This document shows, piece after piece, positions 38,518 to 50,600 of a DNA stretch of 64,000 nucleotides. The stretch is from contig NC_069000.1 in NCBI RefSeq assembly GCF_001194135.2, positions 7,869,087 through 7,933,086 on the forward strand, in the 5' to 3' direction. Each line of letters starts with the position of its first letter. Positions within the stretch are counted from its first letter, which is position 1. The position numbers and the translations under genes were made by a program. The notes beneath the pieces were generated by a model that made no database searches, was not told the DNA's origin, and was given only the letters and a program-made list of their open reading frames with translations. This DNA comes from Octopus bimaculoides (Eukaryota).

Positions 38518-39135
38518 CATCATCATCGTTTAACGTCTGTTTTCTATGCTGGCATGGGTTGGACGGTTCGACTGGGGTCTAGGAAGTCAGGAGGTTGCAC
38601 CAGGCCCCAATCTGATCTGGCAGTGCCACCAGCCACAGGAACTGGCATCGACCACGATCGGATGGTGCTTTTTACATGCCGCTGGCATGGAAGCCAGTCA
38701 AAGTATATAAAAACATATACTTTATATTTATATAAAAGAAGAAAAAGAAAATGGAGATTGGAAAGTTAATAATTGCTTATTATTAACAGCAAATTAATCA
38801 TTATCCCTTACAGTTGTTTCAAATTAATACTCAGTAAATATTAAATTTATATGACCTGAGCATAATATCTTCAGAGGGAAAAAATATATATATAACCTTA
38901 AAAGCCGCCTGATAGGGTGGATTTTAAGGTAGTTCCTGTGGAGGGCTCTTTCGCCATGATAAATTGCTAACCACTACACACATTTTTTTTCTCTCCTTGT
39001 TCCTTTCTGTGGAAGAGCGTAGGCTCGAAATGTTAAAGACTTTTTCAATTCCTAAGCGTTATACTAAAACATGTTTGTTTTCTACACCACCTGTCTTCGT
39101 CTTTTGTTTTTTTGTGAATTCTCCCTATATATATC

Positions 39136-39180
<45 letters not shown>

Positions 39181-39839
39181 GGATTGCCGGAAATGATTCA
39201 AAGTGGCCAGTAGTATGTACTTGGATAACATAAACAAACTACTGGTATGTCAGATGTCATACAACAAAAATTCTTGATCCGCTAAAACTATTTCCACCTC
39301 TAGTGGATGCGTCATAATTACCAAATAACACTTGAGAAAGGGAGATAAGCTTAAGACACAAGCATTCTCTAAAACTGATGTGCCTTTAAGGAAAAGGAGA
39401 GGCCAGTTGTCAGGAGAGGAGATGGTTTTAGTTTAGTAGATCCAGATTTTTTGTTGTATAGTATTTGACACACAGGTATTTGTCTATATATTTAGGAAGC
39501 TAGGGCATGCACTCCACCCTACCCTGCCCACTGGGGTTGGGAAGGAGGGATTTCGAAGTGTTCCACCATCCCCCATTTTGTGTGAAAAGTGTATTATATA
39601 TGCTTTGAGATATGTGGAGTCTGAAAATGAAAATAGTTTCTCTTCTATGATGCACCGTTTTGAAGTAGTTAGTAAGACACGAGAAATGTACATATACTTT
39701 GGAAATGCCCATTTAATTGTTTAAGCATTGTACTGGATAAATTGCGAAAATAACTGAAATAGTTCAAATACTAAAAAATAAGCATACTCAATATGATTTA
39801 TACAAAATAATTTACAAACATGAATGGGTTATTTCCCTT

Positions 39840-39874
<35 letters not shown>

Positions 39875-40921
39875 NNNNNNNNNNNNNNNNNNNNNNNNNN
39901 NNNNNNNNNNNNNNNNNNNNNNNNNNNNNNNNNNNNNNNNNNNNNNNNNNNNNNNNNNNNNNNNNNNNNNNNNNNNNNNNNNNNNNNNNNNNNNNNNNNN
40001 NNNNNNNNNNNNNNNNNNNNNNNNNNNNNNNNNNNNNNNNNNNNNNNNNNNNNNNNNNNNNNNNNNNNNNNNNNNNNNNNNNNNNNNNNNNNNNNNNNNN
40101 NNNNNNNNNNNNNNNNNNNNNNNNNNNNNNNNNNNNNNNNNNNNNNNNNNNNNNNNNNNNNNNNNNNNNNNNNNNNNNNNNNNNNNNNNNNNNNNNNNNN
40201 NNNNNNNNNNNNNNNNNNNNNNNNNNNNNNNNNNNNNNNNNNNNNNNNNNNNNNNNNNNNNNNNNNNNNNNNNNNNNNNNNNNNNNNNNNNNNNNNNNNN
40301 NNNNNNNNNNNNNNNNNNNNNNNNNNNNNNNNNNNNNNNNNNNNNNNNNNNNNNNNNNNNNNNNNNATATATATATATATATATATATAATTCAAAGAAT
40401 ATATATACATGTATACACACATATATGTACATACTTACATCTACATGTGTATATATATGCATATCAGGGTACAGGACGTTAGAATAATGAACTACAGACA
40501 ACGGAACGAACACATAGGAAAACGGAAAGCCACTTGGAATATTCCTTCATCAGCTGCCTCTATTCTAACCTGACGTTTCGAAGATAAGACAGAACGTACT
40601 CTAGAATAGTCTCTTCCTGAGTAGTGGATCAACCCACTACACAGAGGATTCCAAGGTGGCAAACACAAACCAAGACAGGAAAAATTGGACAGTGAAAACA
40701 ACATTCAAAAGCCGTACGGCTTTTATATATACACACACATCATCATCATCGTTTAACGTCCGCTTTCCATGCTAGCATGGGTTGGACGATTTGACTGAGG
40801 ACTGGTGAAACCGGATGGCAACACCAGCCTCCAATCTGATTTGACAGAGTTTCTACAGCTGGATGCCCTTCCTAACGCCAACCACTCAGAGAGTGTAGTG
40901 GGTGCTTTTACGTGTCACCTG

Positions 40922-40968
<47 letters not shown>

Positions 40969-43077
40969 CTATATATATACACGTAGGTTTCGCTTTATGA
41001 GTGATCTCCAGGAACAATTTAACCTGTATATCAAGGCATTACTGTACTTTGTACAATACTGGTCAAACTATAAGCATTATCAACCTCATGATAAGCATTT
41101 GTGTTTAGCACACTGACAGGTTTTACAATAATGAATCTATGCAACCCACTGATGAGTGTAAAGAGATAATAATCATATATAAATAATTAGATTCTTCAAA
41201 CTTTTAGGTACTACAAGGGTAATACAACAGATATTACCTTTTGCAAATCTAATATTGTTTTGTGTATCAACATCATCATCATTAAACGTCCATTGTCCAT
41301 GCTGGCATGGGTTAGATGCTTTGACCAGAGCTGGTCAGCTGAGGTGCTGCACCAGGCACTAGTCTGATCTGGCATGGTTTTCTATGACTGGATGCCTTTC
41401 CTAACACCAACCACTCCGAAACTGTAATGGGTGCTTTTACGTGCCATTTACATGATACCAGTATCTGCCATGACTGCTATTTTACTTGGCTTGGTGGGTC
41501 TTCTCAAGCATGGTATAATGCCAAATGCCTCAGTCATTTGTCATTACCTCCATAAGACCTAACACTTGAAAGGTGCTTTTCACATGCCACCGGCATTGGC
41601 CATTTTGCCTCCATTTACATTTGTAATTTATTTTGTATTCTTGTTATGGTCTTAAAAACAAATTTATGAAATTTTAAAAAAATTATTAATATTGTTAATG
41701 GTTATCACCTCAATTAAGTATTACCCATCTTGATTCTTAATATCACTTTAACATGTCTATTGAGTATGTGTGTATAATTTCTTGTCATTTTTTGTGTCTA
41801 TTTTATTTATAATAATTTATGGTATCGTATGCTGGAACGAAAACAATTGCAGTGTGTAAGGTGTTTATAAGCAATTTAAGAAACACACAAAAACTGTTAG
41901 ATTCACTTCAACATTTAAATTTAATTTGCCAAAATATTTTTGTCGTTTTGAGACTGCGACCTGTTCACTGAAAAAATTCTGTGCTGCATCTCTCTCTCTC
42001 TTTCTATATATATATATAATATACGGCAATAAGAAAATGGAGGGGATCAAGAGGTGGTATTCATCAACTTTTAGACATTATATTATGTCTATTTATTTTT
42101 TAAAAACAACTTTTTACTCTCACCCATTTATTACATTCAGTAGTGTAATTGCCATGCAATGAAAAAACACTTGTGTATTAATAATTGGGTATTCTACCAG
42201 CAGTATATTGGATAGATATTATCGCTTAGTTGGTTGGATTCACAACCTCTAAGTCTCTTGGAATTAAATATATATCAGAGGCAACTCTAGGTCATCAGCG
42301 TTACTCGGGCGCATTACAGATTTCATCACTTTGGCTCAGCAGAGATTTTGCATAAGACACATGCCTGCTTGAAGAATTTCACGTTTTTATACAATATTTC
42401 TAGCTCCAAATGGCTTATTTTCTATATCTATGTCTTTCTCCATTTCTAGGTTAAGGGTAGAAATGAAGCAATCCTGCAAAACGTAACTGATCTTTACACA
42501 GGCGCACAGAATAACAACAATCAAATGATGACAGCTGAGTGCACAACAAACATCTGCAATCTGACTGCTGCCTGTATTCTTGGTAAGAGATACCAGTTAG
42601 TCTTCTACACCTTCCAGGCTTGTTCGTATTAGCTTGAGTTGCTGGATAATTTTTTGTCCTTTTAAGAATATTGTAGAACAGAAACTTTTCATAGATTGGA
42701 ATTTAAATCCTAATCTCTATAGAAATTTATTGTTTCAAGAAAACATTGAATTCAGATTACTTTTAATTTTTACAATTAAAAATAACGACTCTGGCTGTAA
42801 CTTCTGAGCCCGAGTCAGGCGCGTGTGAACGATGTTGAGAGAACACCTGCTACGAATGATTCTTTTTAACACAGGGCAGCTCTAAGATGACTGCCAGACA
42901 CTGAATGAAAAGAAATGAACTGTGACCAAGCTCAATAAAAGGAGCCTGAGTTATTGGCCGCAGTTACATACTTGAAGTCAGAGTTGGCAGAGATTAAATC
43001 AGCTTGCAAATACATGTTTCAGTTTACTAAATTTATACTTGGGCTAAGCCCGAACAGCCCGAGTGGCAGAGTTGCCA

Positions 43078-43113
<36 letters not shown>

Positions 43114-43558
43114 CATATATATACCTGTGTGTGTCTTTGTCCTCTACCACCATTTGACAACTGATGCTGATGTGTTTACGTCTCCGTAATTTAGCAATTC
43201 AGCAAAAAACTTAAGTACTGGGGTTGATATATTTGATAAAACTTCTTCAAGGCAGTGCTCCAGCATGGCCACAGTCCAATGATTGAAGCAAGTAAAAGGC
43301 AAAAGATATGCAACGTGACAGTGTGAATTAAAGTTATAACAATAACTCTTGATGGAGATAAGAAAAACAGAACAAGAAAATGGTTTTCAGAGTATATTAT
43401 ATAAAAATCTACCTATTTTACACATTTGATATTCAAATTCTAAAAGTTGTTGTCAATAATATTCTTGTAACATAACAAAATCATGTAACATAGCTTAAGA
43501 TAATATATCATGTACAATAGATTCTGTTATTAACAAAAGAAATGAAATAATTGCTTAA

Positions 43559-43775
43559 CCCTTTACCATTCAAATTATTCGGTCAAATGTAATGCTTTTT
43601 CATTCATTGTTTTTAATTAATCATGCATTGCATCATAGCTTTGAAAGTTTGATGAGGTGGTTGTATATTTTGTAATGGCAATGAAGGGTAGGTGTGATAG
43701 GCTGGATCTGGTTGGCCAGAACATACAATGGGTAGCAAATTTGGGCCGGATATGGTTGGTTTAAATGCTAAAGGG
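43559..43775. mobile_element. piggyBac-type non-autonomous element (TTAA TSD)
   Basis: TTAA|CCCTTTACCATTCAAA...TTTAAATGCTAAAGGG|TTAA; 14/16 TIR match. Confidence 0.75.
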
Positions 43776-45397
43776 TTAAAGTGACTGATATCAGTAACAT
43801 ACAAAATATTTGTTGCATTAAAAAATATATAATATAGAATTCAACAAGGCTCTAAATACTCCTTACTCTTGATTTAAGGAAGTATTTCTAGATCAGTGCA
43901 TTTGCAGGTTAGTAACTGAAAGATGTGTTAGTTATAGAGTGTGTGACTTAGTGATAAGGATGTTCAACTCATGATTATAAGATCAGGATCAGCAGTAGCT
44001 TGTGTATAGGAACTGCAGAACCCCCTAATTCTTTTTTATACTTGTACATTATATAACCCTCAATGTCAGTAGCTATCCCCTAGTTTATGAAAAAAAAAAA
44101 TAATACAAAAATCCTTGTATAGAACTGTGCCTTTTGCAGTTCTAGCAACGTGGAGTTTGGCTGTTGCGTGTATGCTCACATATCTAAGATAGGAAGCTGC
44201 ACGTTAGGGAGAGAGGGCACAGTGGTTCATGCAGTGCCGACCCCGGTGTGCTGGTGAAAGGTAGCGTTTCTTTTTGATTGTGTGTGTTGTGTTTAAAAAC
44301 GTGTTTATATTCTTGAATGTGATAAAGTGTAGACTTAGTTTATTATCCTGCTTCCAGCTACGTTGTCGCTGCCAGGATTTAAAATAAAAGGGCAGATTTT
44401 CTCACCTTATTTTGTGATTTAGGGGGTGATTTTTGAAAAATAAGGGAGAGTTTGCGGCAGTATTCAGTGAACCAATTAAACACACTACCCGGCAGTGGCT
44501 AAAATGCAAACCGATCAAGTTTATGTATAAATATTCTATTTATATGTTTGTTTCCTTTTACACAATATTAAAACAACAGCTGAACATTTTCTGAAGCAGT
44601 ACCCCTACTAATTTTATCTACAAGTTGCCACTGGTCAGGATTGATTCCCAGCAGTGTATTGTGTTCTTGAGCAAGGCACTTCATTTCATGTTGCTCTAGT
44701 CTAAAAACTGAGTTTTACCTGTAATTCAAAGGGTCAATCTAGTCCCATTCTGTGTCATACAGAACCTCCTTGAGAACTGCATTATATGTACTCATATATG
44801 TGAAGTGCTCAGCCTCTTGCACATTAATTTCATAAGCAGGCTGTTTCATTGATCAAATTCAATTGGAATACTCATACTACAGGTATTGATGTGTCATTGA
44901 ACAAAGGTGAAATATATAAAAAAAAAACAAAAAAAAAAAACGAACAGAACTGAAAGATAAATCAATTACTGTTAACAGTAGAAAAATTAGTTGGAAAATG
45001 AAACTAATAATCGACTTTCAAAACAAAGTTTAGGATATCACAATCACTAGCTTTTTTCAATATGGTGATAAAAATATAAAAAAGTGTCTGTGTGTCATTG
45101 TGAGTAAAAGAAATTGAAAATATATGTTTGTGGTAAAATCGGAATCTGACTAGCAGTCAGTTACACTATATTCATACCATAACCAAATATATTAGACATT
45201 TTAAGCCTGTATTATTATTATATTTCGGCTTACAAATTAAAAAAAATAATAAATAATGGAGTTCTCGTTTCAACACACCATATAACAGCATTGTTTTTTT
45301 TATATATATATATTTTTTGGAATTTTCCAAAAACTTTTGCGCATTTGTGTNNNNNNNNNNAAAAAAAAAAATGGTATTTAGTTCATCAATTTCACAA

Positions 45398-45429
<32 letters not shown>

Positions 45430-45497
45430 TACTAGCGAGAATCGTAACTGGAGCAGTCGAAGCTCTCTCACCTGTGTACCACAGGGTACGTGATACC

Positions 45498-46697
45498 TCA
45501 ACGGAGGGTGGAGTTCAAATACCAACTCTTTTCTAAGGCAAACTCGGTTATTGGGTACTGCGATACATCAGGATATTTCTTGGTTATATTTCCTCTAACC
45601 TTTATCAACATATCTGTAATAGACATGTGCTTAGAACACTCACCGAATACACTGACAATTTCTTTGATGAATACAGAGCCTTCTTTAGGGTCCCTAAGGG
45701 AAACATATCCTGGTGATGTTGAATAAGCGATGACTACATCGGAGCGAATAGCAGCTTGGTGATAAGATTCCTTCGAAATTTCATCTCGACATGCCTGGAT
45801 AATGAATAACTTAGGTTTGCCAACCAAAGCAGCACAGTTTTGGGCATTGAAGTAAGCAAGTACATCGTCTAGATTAATGACATTTCCATCAACTCCTACC
45901 AACTGATTTATGTTTTTGCCATGTGTAAGAATGGCAACAACGCAACAATTAGCTTTTTCTAATAATGACATCTGAGAAAATCCCCATAAAGCAAGTTTCA
46001 TATCGATAGCACCTACATTTTCTTTTTTTTCACAAACGAAATCTAATTCCGAGAATAAATTCATCAAATCAATCATATCTTTTTTAGATCCATTGCGGTT
46101 GAAAGAGGCATCTTTAAATGTATCGTTGTTTATAACATAAAACAAACCTTTTGGTTCTGACGACATCTTATAACACGCCAAATGACCGACGGTTGGACCA
46201 CTTTCCTCGCTATTTTCATAACTGGGATCATTCTCTTCATAAAAATAACTGCAGAGTGACTGAGTTTCCTCTTGGGGCGAAAAAGTTATTTCATAATTGT
46301 TTTCATCAAAGTTTTCCGTTGGAGAAATCGGTGAGTTTGATAGTGTCAAATTAGATATACTTTCGTTAATACGTTTATATTCATTTGTGCTCAGTTTGGG
46401 TCTATTTGTTTCTATAAGTTTGTAGACACATTTCGCTATATTATCGGCAATATGTTTCTGTTCGGAGTAAGAGAGACACTGTAAGAATGATACAAAGTGT
46501 TTGTCAGAGCGACGAGGAAGTATATCAATTAATTCTCTAATCTGGGCAGTTCTGTGAGGTTTGGAATCAATTATTTCAATTTGACTAATCGGAAACACGT
46601 TCTCTTCTATGAGAAAATCTCTCAAAGTCGAATATTCGATATTGCGCACGAGAAACACTCGATTTTTGATCAGTGCTTCCATATAAATATGGTTCAT
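45498..46697 (-). CDS. CARD-containing initiator-type caspase (caspase-2/9-like architecture), 399 aa from the first ATG, uninterrupted ORF
   Basis: N-terminal CARD-like helices; p20 with RNGS, THG and QACRD; p10 with YSTSPGYVSLRD and GSVFI. The ORF-track start at 46724 is TTG; first ATG is at 46697. A pyrimidine tract plus AG at 46727-46726 suggests an upstream exon. Confidence 0.9.
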   Translation of the reverse strand: MNHIYMEALIKNRVFLVRNIEYSTLRDFLIEENVFPISQIEIIDSKPHRTAQIRELIDILPRRSDKHFVSFLQCLSYSEQKHIADNIAKCVYKLIETNRPKLSTNEYKRINESISNLTLSNSPISPTENFDENNYEITFSPQEETQSLCSYFYEENDPSYENSEESGPTVGHLACYKMSSEPKGLFYVINNDTFKDASFNRNGSKKDMIDLMNLFSELDFVCEKKENVGAIDMKLALWGFSQMSLLEKANCCVVAILTHGKNINQLVGVDGNVINLDDVLAYFNAQNCAALVGKPKLFIIQACRDEISKESYHQAAIRSDVVIAYSTSPGYVSLRDPKEGSVFIKEIVSVFGECSKHMSITDMLIKVRGNITKKYPDVSQYPITEFALEKSWYLNSTLR

Positions 46698-47391
46698 GGT
46701 TGTTGTTTCATTTTCTAACGTCAAACTAGATTAAAAAAAGGTAACTTATTCGTAAACACCACTTCACGGTTCCTCATGGAAGAATAGAGAGTATTCTTTA
46801 GGGTCCCAGACGGGAACATTTGATATTTTTTTTATCACTCAGTGGAATTTTAATTTAGCGTGACGAAATCTTTTGCTTCGTACTTAAACATACTGTACCA
46901 ATGATAATAGTAATTCCGGGAATTTCATTTCATATAACACCGCTTTACGTCATGATCCACTTTATTCGCTTAGCTCATTGCATGACTTTTAGGGTTTTCC
47001 CCCGAAATATTTATAAGTCACAATGTGACTTAAATATATAATGATATAAGTTGGTATGTGACTATACAGGTGATTTAAATTATAGTAAGTACTCTGATTA
47101 TAGGCCAGTGAATTGCTAGCGCCTACATTAAATGCCTAGTGACTTTTAGCTGTGTGGTAAGCAGTTTGCCTCCCAGCCACAAGGTTCTTGGTTCAGCCCC
47201 ACTGCGTGGCACTTAGGGTAAGTGTCTTTTCCTAGACTCGGGCCAAGCAAAAGCTTTGTGAATTAATTTGGTTAATGGAAACTGAAAGAAGACCGTTATA
47301 TATATATAATTAATAATATCGAAGGGTAATTAGGAATATTAGAAATTTCTACTAGCATGTAAAAATTTAGTCCATAGACTATATATAATTC

Positions 47392-47653
47392 ATATAAATA
47401 CAGTGTACATTTAAACACACAAGAGGTATCCATCATAGGATTCCCCTCACGCTAGAAAGAACAGCTAAGTTCCAAACCACTATTAGGGATAAAATTTCAA
47501 AGGGAATGAAAAATAAATGGTAAATGTTTTTATTTTTCATTCCCTTCGAAATTTTATCCCTAATAGTGGCTTGGAACTTAGCTGTTCTTTCTAGCGTGAG
47601 GAAATCCTATGATGAATACCTCTTATGTGTTTAGATGTACACTGTATTTATAT
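47392..47653. mobile_element. Foldback/MITE-like long palindrome (126/125-bp arms, 11-nt loop)
   Basis: Arms 47392-47517 and 47529-47653, about 6 substitutions and 1 indel; internal TA|CAGTG...CACTG|TA resembles Tc1/mariner-type ends. Confidence 0.75.
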
Positions 47654-50600
47654 ATATATTGGCAATATATCATATATCCGAATAAGAAGCACATTCTTAA
47701 GTGTAGAGCAGTAAAGTATTAAAGCAATAAAGTTAAAGTCTGGTCATAGACTGATCAATGGTTTCGCATCCACGAAAGCCGCAGGCCAAGGAGATAGCCG
47801 TATTTTCCAAATTGGCTCGTCTAGGGGAGACAACCCGTCCTCGCCAACGCCGGAACTTTTATTCACCGATGATCTTTTGTCAAATTGACCGTAACAATTT
47901 ACTATCTCGGAGAATTGTTATTTAAAAACTCTTTGTAGCTTAGTTACGGAAGAATTAGATAATACATGTAAACATTGACCATACAATTTTTATGTCGTAA
48001 CTCTCTACGACAGTCTTCTTTTGACTGATAAAAATATACTGTAAATATTAAATGTACGTAAATAAATTAATTTAGTAAATGATTTCTTTATCTTCATTGC
48101 TTCAACCTATTGATGAAATTTATTTCTGTAACTATTGAAACTGTTATTATAACGTTCAGCGTGCTGGTGTATATAACTCACCATAGCATTTATGTTGTCT
48201 GAGCTAGAATTTATGTATGGTGATAAATACATATAATTAAGTTATAAGTGACGAATTTATCACCACAGGTTCTTGCTAAATAAATAAATAAATATATTAA
48301 TTATATTTTCAAGTCGAACACGTTATAAACAGATTAAATTATCTAATTGTTATAGGTAATTTTCCACCATTATAAATTGCCACTCGTCATAATNNNNNNN
48401 NNNNNNNNNNNNNNNNNNNNNNNNNNNNNNNNNNNNNNNNNNNNNNNNNNNNNNNNNNNNNNNNNNNNNNNNNNNNNNNNNNNNNNNNNNNNNNNNNNNN
48501 NNNNNNNNNNNNNNNNNNNNNNNNNNNNNNNNNNNNNNNNNNNNNNNNNNNNNNNNNNNNNNNNNNNNNNNNNNNNNNNNNNNNNNNNNNNNNNNNNNNN
48601 NNNNNNNNNNNNNNNNNNNNNNNNNNNNNNNNNNNNNNNNNNNNNNNNNNNNNNNNNNNNNNNNNNNNNNNNNNNNNNNNNNNNNNNNNNNNNNNNNNNN
48701 NNNNNNNNNNNNNNNNNNNNNNNNNNNNNNNNNNNNNNNNNNNNNNNNNNNNNNNNNNNNNNNNNNNNNNNNNNNNNNNNNNNNNNNNNNNNNNNNNNNN
48801 NNNNNNNNNNNNNNNNNNNNNNNNNNNNNNNNNNNNNNNNNNNNNNNNNNNNNNNNNNNNNNNNNNNNNNNNNNNNNNNNNNNNNNNNNNNNNNNNNNNN
48901 NATATATATATATCATCACACACACACAGAGCTCCTTCAAGCAATTTACCTGAAGATCCAGTGGGTGCCTATAGGTAAACTCAGAATAGCAAGAAGATGG
49001 TTTGACCAAAGTAATACAAACATATATAGATACAGGGTGCAGGGAATAAATTGCTATGAAATTGCTGCTCCTGTGGTGCAATTTGAAAGCGTTACTAGTA
49101 CTGTTATGAAATATCCACAGGGGCTGTAATTTCATAACCTTACAAGTAACGGTCTTCTATGTTCCTCTCTCAGCCAAGAGGTCTTTGTCTTGAGCGCTTA
49201 TGGGTGCTGGTGTCACATAAAAAGCACCTATGCTGGTGGCACATAAGAGTGTCTAAGCTAGTGCCACATAAAATCACCTGTGTTGGTGTCATCTAAAAGT
49301 GCCCATGCCGGTGCCACGTGAAAGCATCCATACCAGTTCCATGTAAAAGTGTCTGTTCTGGTGCCGTGCACCCAGTTCACTTTGAGAAGAGCTTGCTATT
49401 AGGTAGGGCATCCAGCCACAGAAACGATGCCAAAACAGGCAATTGGAGCCTGGTGCAGCTCTCTGGCTGGCCAGCTCCTGTCAAACTGTCCAACCCTTGC
49501 CAGCATGGAAAACAGACGTTAAAAGATGATGATGATGATCTATCAGTTTGAAAATGAATCTATAATACTGGATGCTTTGGTTAAAATACACACATACACA
49601 TGTATGTATGTGTGCGCGCGCGTGTTCGTCCAATTTGAGAAACCCTGCCAACTTGTTATCTAGCCATGCAACGCTGTCATAGCGCCATTTTCTAAGTTAT
49701 AGAGTTGCATAGCAACACCCTATTAGATTAATTTGAAACGACCTAATTATATAGGGTGTATAAAGCTTCAGAGTTTTAGAAAAAGTTTCACTGAATATCT
49801 ATCTTTCTCTTTAAATTTAAATTTAGAATCGATTGATTTTTAACATCAAGAAATATCAAATTTGTTTGTAGTCTGCTAGAATCATAGAAGTGAGAACCAT
49901 ACATCCAGAATTACCTCCCTTGCCTCTCTGTTACCGCCATTTTCTAATTGTAGAAAATATTTCTTCGAGTCAAATCACAAATCAATTCTTAAATAACTTC
50001 ATCACTTCATGTTTATAATTATAAACAAGAACTTTCTCTTTCGTTGCTTCTCGAATCACTTCGCTGGTGTAACACTGACTGATGCTAAAGCTAGAATAAC
50101 CTCCCTTATTCTAATGCCATCGCCATATTTCTTTCCAAATCTGCGACTTTCGTGCGATGCCGCCGAATTTTACATGTTGCATCCTTTATAAGTATCATGT
50201 TGACACATATCAGGTATTATACATCGTTTCATTATTTAATAACTACTTATACATTTCAGTACATATGAAATAATCTTTTTTTCTTTTGTATGTATGAAAT
50301 AATGTTTAATATGGTCTTCTTTTGATTTGTGTTTACACTCTTTCGTAAATTTAACACAAAATGTTGATGTTTACTTTTTTCAAGTCACTATATATTTTGT
50401 GTTTTTATGTTCCAGCTAATTAGAATTTATTGATACCAACTTTAGAAATTTAGATGGATATTCTGTAGCGACGAACGAAAGTAATCTAATGTTTATATGA
50501 TCAACCGAACATTACTGATATGAAAAATTAAATATTTTTTGTTTCTCTTCTTAATCCAAGTCTACCTAGATGTACCATTGATAAAACTCACGTATTTGAC

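Noticed and set aside
40490-40660. Penelope-like terminal sequence with GAAACGTC and CTGATGAAGG on the minus strand
   Set aside because: The intact CTGATGA lies downstream of GAAACGTC and is not followed by GAAA; the upstream core reads CTCAGGA and stem I does not pair. Not a complete hammerhead.
48900-49135. Short open frame containing WVP (mariner WVPHEL-like)
   Set aside because: Three-residue match only, no DD34D context, and it abuts an N-gap.
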